This document shows positions 59,166 to 64,000 of a stretch of DNA of 64,000 bases, in pieces. Both the position numbers and the translations under genes were made by a program. Under the pieces are notes generated by a model. It saw only the letters and a list, made by a program, of their open reading frames with translations, was not told the origin of the DNA and did no database searches. How positions within the stretch are numbered: position 1 is the stretch's first letter; each line of letters starts with the position of its first letter. Source of the stretch: Vampirovibrionaceae bacterium NZW_1234 (GTDB lineage Bacteria; Cyanobacteriota; Vampirovibrionia; Vampirovibrionales; JAGQHJ01). The stretch lies in contig JBGUGD010000009.1 of assembly GCA_041697335.1 (NCBI GenBank), positions 8,029 to 72,028 on the forward strand, in the 5' to 3' direction.

Positions 59166-59384
59166 CTATTTATGGATGTATTTGAGATACGGAATCTCAT
59201 CCAGGATTTTAATGGCATTACCGGAATAAATCTCGATGTTGCCTTCCAAGCGACGCTTGCGTGCGGACGATTTCTTGGAGTTCAAGTGACCGCGCCCTGC
59301 CTGACCACGGACCAGCTTGCCTGTCCCGGTCAGTCTGTAGCGTTTAGCGCCCGCTTTATGGGTTTTCATTTTGTTCTTAGGCAT
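59166..59384 (-). CDS. rpmI: 50S ribosomal protein L35
   Basis: KMKTHKAGAKRY..TGTGK; located between infC and rplT. Confidence 0.97.
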   Translation of the reverse strand: MPKNKMKTHKAGAKRYRLTGTGKLVRGQAGRGHLNSKKSSARKRRLEGNIEIYSGNAIKILDEIPYLKYIHK

Positions 59385-59401
59385 AACTCCGACTGGGGCT
59401 C

Positions 59402-59977
59402 CTATTCAGGATTCGAACTACTCTTTTTCTTCCCGGGTGAGAGGATGGTAATGATCTGTCTGCCTTCCATCTTCGGAGGCGATTCGACAACACCCGAGTT
59501 TTCCAAGTCTACAACAAACTTATTTGCCAGGTCAAAGGCCAAATTTGAATGTTGTACTTCACGGCCCCGCAGTCGGATGGTGAGCTTGAGCTTATGGCCG
59601 TGATTAAGGAAGTCTTCGGCCTTTTTGCGCTTGACCTCGTAGTCGTGTGTATCAATGCGCACACCCAGTTTGAGTTCTTTGACTTCAACGTTGTGTTGTT
59701 TTTTCTTGGCCTCGCGGGCTTTTTTCTCCCGCTCAAATTTAAACTTGCCGAAATCCATCAACCGAACCACAGGCGGCGACGAGTCCAAACTCATAATAAT
59801 GAGGTCAAGGCCTCGTTCGGCGGCAATCTTTTCCGCTTCAGCCCGGGAGACGACGCCGAAGGATTCATCATCGGCAATCAGGCGGACTTCCGAAGCCCGG
59901 ATCTTGTCGGTCAGCAGTTGGGGGCCTTTATCAGCGGATTTGGGGTTGGATTGGGGGTTTTGGGATGATGGTTTCAT
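59402..59977 (-). CDS. infC: Translation initiation factor IF-3
   Basis: IRASEVRLI, PPVVRLMDFGKFKFE, IDTHDY and RLRGRE. Confidence 0.97.
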   Translation of the reverse strand: MKPSSQNPQSNPKSADKGPQLLTDKIRASEVRLIADDESFGVVSRAEAEKIAAERGLDLIIMSLDSSPPVVRLMDFGKFKFEREKKAREAKKKQHNVEVKELKLGVRIDTHDYEVKRKKAEDFLNHGHKLKLTIRLRGREVQHSNLAFDLANKFVVDLENSGVVESPPKMEGRQIITILSPGKKKSSSNPE

Positions 59978-60471
59978 ACCGTTTGTGTCTGTTTCCTCCG
60001 GTTAGGGTCAATAAGGGTGAGCGACAGATGCTCGAAATAAAACTACATTATATTACACGAGTTTATCAATCCCCGCTATGGGTCGACCTTCTTCGTTTGA
60101 TGGATTCTCCGGGCCGGTGGCGGGAAACGGCGGTCTGGCCGGAAAGGGGGTGTCAAAACATGAGTTTCTCATGGTGACGTTTTCGGCATAATGGGGTAAT
60201 CCGCCAACGGAATCCGGGCAATATGAAGAAATATTACAAAAAGGGTATCAGGACCCGGTCCGGCTATCAATAGAGACGATTGATGGATTTAGTACATCTG
60301 AAAGCATTTTGACCGACCCCACCGGCCAGGGTAAAGAACGTACTCAAAAAAGTGGCTCAGGAAAACAATGCTTTACTTTATGAACTCCCATGGCTTTGGT
60401 ACAATACCAACCATCGGGGACCTATAAAGAAGTCGATGATACCCTCATCTAAGAAGGACAGACGAACCAAG

Positions 60472-60600
60472 ATGACGTTTTTGGTTGAATCCATTATTCA
60501 GTTTCTCCTGCTGCCTTATCGGGTGATCAAGGCCATGAAGACGGCCTACCAACAGTTCACCCAAAGCCTGGCCAAGCCCAGACCCCTGGGTCTTCTGTAA
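60472..60600 (+). CDS. Possible small amphipathic protein (42 aa)
   Basis: MTFLVESIIQFLLLPYRVIKAMK...; AAGAAGGA upstream. Confidence 0.4.
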   Translation: MTFLVESIIQFLLLPYRVIKAMKTAYQQFTQSLAKPRPLGLL

Positions 60601-60857
60601 TTCCCGGGTTGGTAATTCCCATTTAGGTTGGCCGAGAAACCCATATCCATTACATTGCCCGTGGCATCCCGCCGGGAGCTTTTTCAATGCTACAATTGGC
60701 GCAGGAGTAAAGCCTCATGCTTTTCTCTTGAGGGCTTCTTGGGTACAATACCCCTATACCCGGCCCTGCGGCTGTCGGCAACGCATTCGGACACAAACCG
60801 GGTTTGGCTCGCGTAAAGCGGCAAACCCCAAGGAAGGTCATCCCAAAAGGAGTCACA

Positions 60858-61694
60858 ATGGTCCTGCAATCTGGAAAACTCGGCATTATTGGAGCGGGCG
60901 TGATGGGTCAGGCCCTTGCCCGAGGCATGCTGGCCACCGGCGTGGTTGAGGCCAACCAGCTCTGGGCGGCTGCCCGAACCGAGGCCACTTGCCGCAAAAT
61001 TACCGAAGACCTGGGAATTGCCGCCGTCACCGATTACAAGGACCACTTGGCCGACACCGACATCCTGCTCCTCTGCGTCAAGCCGTCGACCGTCGACAAG
61101 GTCCTGGCTAATCTTAAAAAGCACAAGCTGTCACCCAAGACCCTGGTGATTTCCATCACGGCAGGCACCTCCATTGCCCATCTGGAAGACACCCTCGCCC
61201 AAAGCAACCCGGTTATTCGGGCCATGCCCAACACCCCCTGCATCGTGGGCCAGGGGATGACCGTTGTCTGCCCCGGTACCCACGCCACCGCCGAGGATCT
61301 GCGCAAGGCCCTCAACATCTTCGAGGCCGTCGGGCAGTGCATGGAACTGGAAGAACTTCATTTTGACGCCGTGACCGGCCTAAGCGGCAGCGGTCCGGCC
61401 TACCTCTTTCTCATCATCGAAGCCCTGGCCGATGGCGGGGTCCGTGTGGGCCTGCCGCGGGAAGTGGCCTTGAAAATCGTCAGCCAGGTGGTCCTCGGTG
61501 CTGCGACCATGGTCCAGCAAACCGGACGCCACCCGGCCTCGCTGAGAGACGATGTTACAACCCCAGCCGGCTGCACCATTGGCGGCCTTCTGATGATGGA
61601 GGACGGTAAGATCCGCTCGGTCCTGGCACGGGCCGTCGAGGAAGCCGCACAAATCGCCGGCCAATTGGGGCGCCATGAGACCGGCAAGTCATAA
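60858..61694 (+). CDS. proC: Pyrroline-5-carboxylate reductase
   Basis: IGAGVMG, CVKP, RAMPNTP, GLSGSGPAY and VTTPAGCT; AAGGAG RBS. Confidence 0.96.
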   Translation: MVLQSGKLGIIGAGVMGQALARGMLATGVVEANQLWAAARTEATCRKITEDLGIAAVTDYKDHLADTDILLLCVKPSTVDKVLANLKKHKLSPKTLVISITAGTSIAHLEDTLAQSNPVIRAMPNTPCIVGQGMTVVCPGTHATAEDLRKALNIFEAVGQCMELEELHFDAVTGLSGSGPAYLFLIIEALADGGVRVGLPREVALKIVSQVVLGAATMVQQTGRHPASLRDDVTTPAGCTIGGLLMMEDGKIRSVLARAVEEAAQIAGQLGRHETGKS

Positions 61695-61721
61695 GACACA
61701 TTGATTGAAGGGAGAACCGAT

Positions 61722-62930
61722 ATGATGTTGAACCAAAGCACCACCACCCAAGACTACATTGCGCTTGAAGAACAGTACGGCGCCCATAACTACCACCCCC
61801 TGGACATCGTCATTGAACGCGGCGAAGGGGTGTGGGTGTACGACGTGGACGGCAACCGCTACATGGACTGCTTAAGCGCCTACTCCGCCGTCAACCAGGG
61901 CCACTGTCACCCCAAAATTGTCCAAGCCCTCAAGGATCAGGCCGACAAAGTGACCCTGACCTCCCGGGCCTTTCGCAACAGTCAATTGCCCCTCTTTTAT
62001 AAGGAATTGACCGAGCTGACCGGAACCGAGTCCGTGTTGCCCATGAACTCCGGCGCCGAAGCCATGGAAACCGCCATTAAGACCGCCCGCAAGTGGGGCT
62101 ACAAGGTCAAGGGCATCCCCGAGAACCAGGCCGAAATCATCGTCTGCGAAAACAACTTCCACGGCCGCACCACCACCATCATCAGCTGCTCCACCGAGCC
62201 CCAGTATAAAGATGGCTTCGGGCCCTTCACGCCCGGCTTCAAAATCGTGCCCTTTGGCGACATCGAGGCCCTGAAGAAGGCCATCACCCCCAACACCTGT
62301 GCCTTTATGGTCGAACCCATCCAGGGCGAAGCCGGTATCCTGATGCCCCCGGACGGCTACTTGAAGGCGGCCGAGGACGTCTGCAAGGCCAACAACGTTC
62401 TCCTGGTCATGGACGAGGTTCAAACCGGCCTGGGCCGTACCGGCAAGCTCTTTGCCTTCCAGCACGAAGGCGTCACCCCCGACATCATCGTCATCGGCAA
62501 AGCCCTCTCCGGCGGCTTCTACCCGGTTTCTGCGATGCTGACCTCCCGGGCCATCATGTCCGTCTTCCACCCCGGCGATCATGGCAGTACCTTCGGTGGT
62601 AACCCCCTGGCCTGTGCCGTCGCCCGGGCTGCGCTCCAGGTCATCGTGGACGAGGGCCTGGTCGCCCGCTCCGAGACCTTGGGCAACAGCTTCCTGGAGA
62701 AGCTCAAGACCTTGAAGAACCCCCATATCAAAGAAGTCCGTGGCCGTGGCCTCTTCATCGGCATCGAGCTGGACACCAAGGCGCGCCCCTACTGCGAAGC
62801 CTTGAAAGCCCAGGGCTTGCTGTGCAAGGAGACCCACGAAAACGTCATCCGAATCGCTCCGCCTCTGGTCATCACCGAAGAAGAACTGAACTGGGCCTTC
62901 GAACGCATCCAGAACGTCCTGGACGCCTAG
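61722..62930 (+). CDS. rocD: Ornithine aminotransferase
   Basis: [52 protein letters not shown] and HGSTFGGNP. Confidence 0.96.
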   Translation: MMLNQSTTTQDYIALEEQYGAHNYHPLDIVIERGEGVWVYDVDGNRYMDCLSAYSAVNQGHCHPKIVQALKDQADKVTLTSRAFRNSQLPLFYKELTELTGTESVLPMNSGAEAMETAIKTARKWGYKVKGIPENQAEIIVCENNFHGRTTTIISCSTEPQYKDGFGPFTPGFKIVPFGDIEALKKAITPNTCAFMVEPIQGEAGILMPPDGYLKAAEDVCKANNVLLVMDEVQTGLGRTGKLFAFQHEGVTPDIIVIGKALSGGFYPVSAMLTSRAIMSVFHPGDHGSTFGGNPLACAVARAALQVIVDEGLVARSETLGNSFLEKLKTLKNPHIKEVRGRGLFIGIELDTKARPYCEALKAQGLLCKETHENVIRIAPPLVITEEELNWAFERIQNVLDA

Positions 62931-62947
62931 ACTATTACCCCATTCCC

Positions 62948-62985
62948 AACGAGGCCCCTGTTATCCGACAGGGGCCTCGTTCGTT
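62948..62985 (+). terminator. Intrinsic terminator after rocD
   Basis: 14-bp stem AACGAGGCCCCTGT/ACAGGGGCCTCGTT. Confidence 0.8.
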
Positions 62986-63053
62986 ACCAACGCCCTGAGC
63001 CGATCCGACCGACCCTGTCTTTACAGCGATCTCAGCATGGGGCATAATCATGC

Positions 63054-63079
63054 CTAGAGGTTCGGGCTAGAGGTTCGGG
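63054..63079 (+). repeat. Perfect 13-bp tandem duplication CTAGAGGTTCGGG x2
   Basis: Read directly; ends 15 bp upstream of the ORF at 63095. Confidence 0.85.
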
Positions 63080-63094
63080 AATGAGGATACGAAC

Positions 63095-63622
63095 GTGAGA
63101 TCCCCAGGGAGAGTGTCACGACATGGGTTCATGGCTATGGTGGGCCTCATCCTGCTGATGGTGCTCGTGTCACCCCACGCAACTGCGGAAGAAGTCTTCA
63201 TGGTCAAATTCCCCAAGACCTTTCCGGTCCCCACCCGAATGCTTGAAGCGGACGGCGTCGGTGGACGCTATGTGACCTCCAAAGATCGGGGCGCTCAAGT
63301 CTGCATGGTGGCATGGAACCGCATCCCCGATGCGGTTCTGAAGAAGAAGACAGCCGAGCAGATCCTGAACGACGCGGCCAAAGGTGGGGTGGGCCAATTC
63401 GAAAAGCTCCTGGAACGGGTGACCCCCATCTCCCTGCAGGGCCATCCCGGACGCTATATCGAACGCCAGAGCCTCCAAAACGGCATGGACGTCTTCTTCG
63501 TGGACAAGGTCATTTACAAAAAACCCCGCCTCTACCAGGTGGTCTACATTGGCACCCGCAAAGCCGACATGCGGGCTCCCGAGGTGCAGCACTTCCTCGA
63601 GTCATTCCGCTTCAAACCTTAA
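63095..63622 (+). CDS. Secreted PsbP/Mog1-like fold protein
   Basis: Signal peptide ending HATA; F.VKFP, ISLQGHPG, RLYQV and FLESFRF pattern. Confidence 0.6.
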   Translation: MRSPGRVSRHGFMAMVGLILLMVLVSPHATAEEVFMVKFPKTFPVPTRMLEADGVGGRYVTSKDRGAQVCMVAWNRIPDAVLKKKTAEQILNDAAKGGVGQFEKLLERVTPISLQGHPGRYIERQSLQNGMDVFFVDKVIYKKPRLYQVVYIGTRKADMRAPEVQHFLESFRFKP

Positions 63623-63647
63623 GGTTTCATTAGAATCCCAAAAACCG

Positions 63648-63675
63648 GGGCAAAAAATCCCGTCCGTGGTTTTTA
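63648..63675 (+). promoter_or_regulatory. Putative alternative-sigma promoter GGGCAA-N15-GTTTTTA
   Basis: About 46 bp upstream of 63721. Confidence 0.55.
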
Positions 63676-63720
63676 TTCATGTACCCAGAATTGGTAGAGG
63701 AACACTGAGGAGGGAACCCG

Positions 63721-63921
63721 ATGACCCAAGATTTCGATTTCAGCCAACTTGAACGCTTGCACTCCGACGAGGCCTGGACAATGGCTGAACTCATCCATCT
63801 CCAGAAAGAGCCCGGCTTTTCACGCAAGGATTGGGATTCGGATAGCCCGGCCCCTCGCGCCATCTACCGCGACGTCGATTTGAGCTGGATGCCCCCTGTG
63901 CCCGAACTGTGCGTGCATTAG
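63721..63921 (+). CDS. Small acidic hypothetical protein (66 aa)
   Basis: GAGGAGGG RBS; CAA-N15-GTTTTTA motif upstream. Confidence 0.6.
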   Translation: MTQDFDFSQLERLHSDEAWTMAELIHLQKEPGFSRKDWDSDSPAPRAIYRDVDLSWMPPVPELCVH

Positions 63922-64000
63922 ACTGAACGAACTCCTAAACGGAATTAGACGTCCAGCCGGGTGTGCTTGAACGCCGTGGCGTTTTCGCCCACATAGTCGC

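Noticed and set aside
58407-59603. 398-aa + strand ORF
   Set aside because: Mostly the antisense shadow of rplT-rpmI-infC; TTG start and no recognisable domain.
61872-62837. 321-aa minus strand ORF and similar long antisense ORFs (e.g. 53916-54803, 47490-48227)
   Set aside because: Antisense shadows of well-supported GC-rich genes.

Overview
A 64-kb bacterial chromosomal segment with no integrase, transposase, prophage, tRNA/rRNA or CRISPR array that I can support. A cyanobacteria-type 6S RNA candidate occurs together with lpxK, a chemoreceptor, a flagellin-glycosylation (Maf) gene and a 2-oxoacid:ferredoxin oxidoreductase. This suggests a non-photosynthetic cyanobacterial relative (Vampirovibrionia/Melainabacteria); the assignment is inference only. 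Housekeeping content: rnpB, tgt, sseA, lpxK-waaF-mutS2, gmk, a two-component pair, OFOR alpha/beta/gamma, lspA-rluD-folD, infC-rpmI-rplT and proC-rocD. Interleaved are three pilin-like genes (two of them very large), four proteases (including a Clp-N/degenerate-AAA/Lon fusion), an orphan TpsB porin and many orphan ORFs. Three signals stand out. (1) A bipartite motif CAA-N14/15-GTTTTTA lies 45-85 bp upstream of six orphan ORFs, with three near matches. (2) Six unrelated proteins share a Ser/Thr/Pro/Arg-rich N-terminal leader ending in (R/Q/Y)-F-(S/G); two of them sit directly behind the motif and a third lies just downstream of one of these. Together these point to a possible co-regulated set of exported effector or low-complexity proteins. 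(3) A helically phased CACGCG array lies beside an AT-rich tract. All calls come from reading motifs by eye; no database searches were run.
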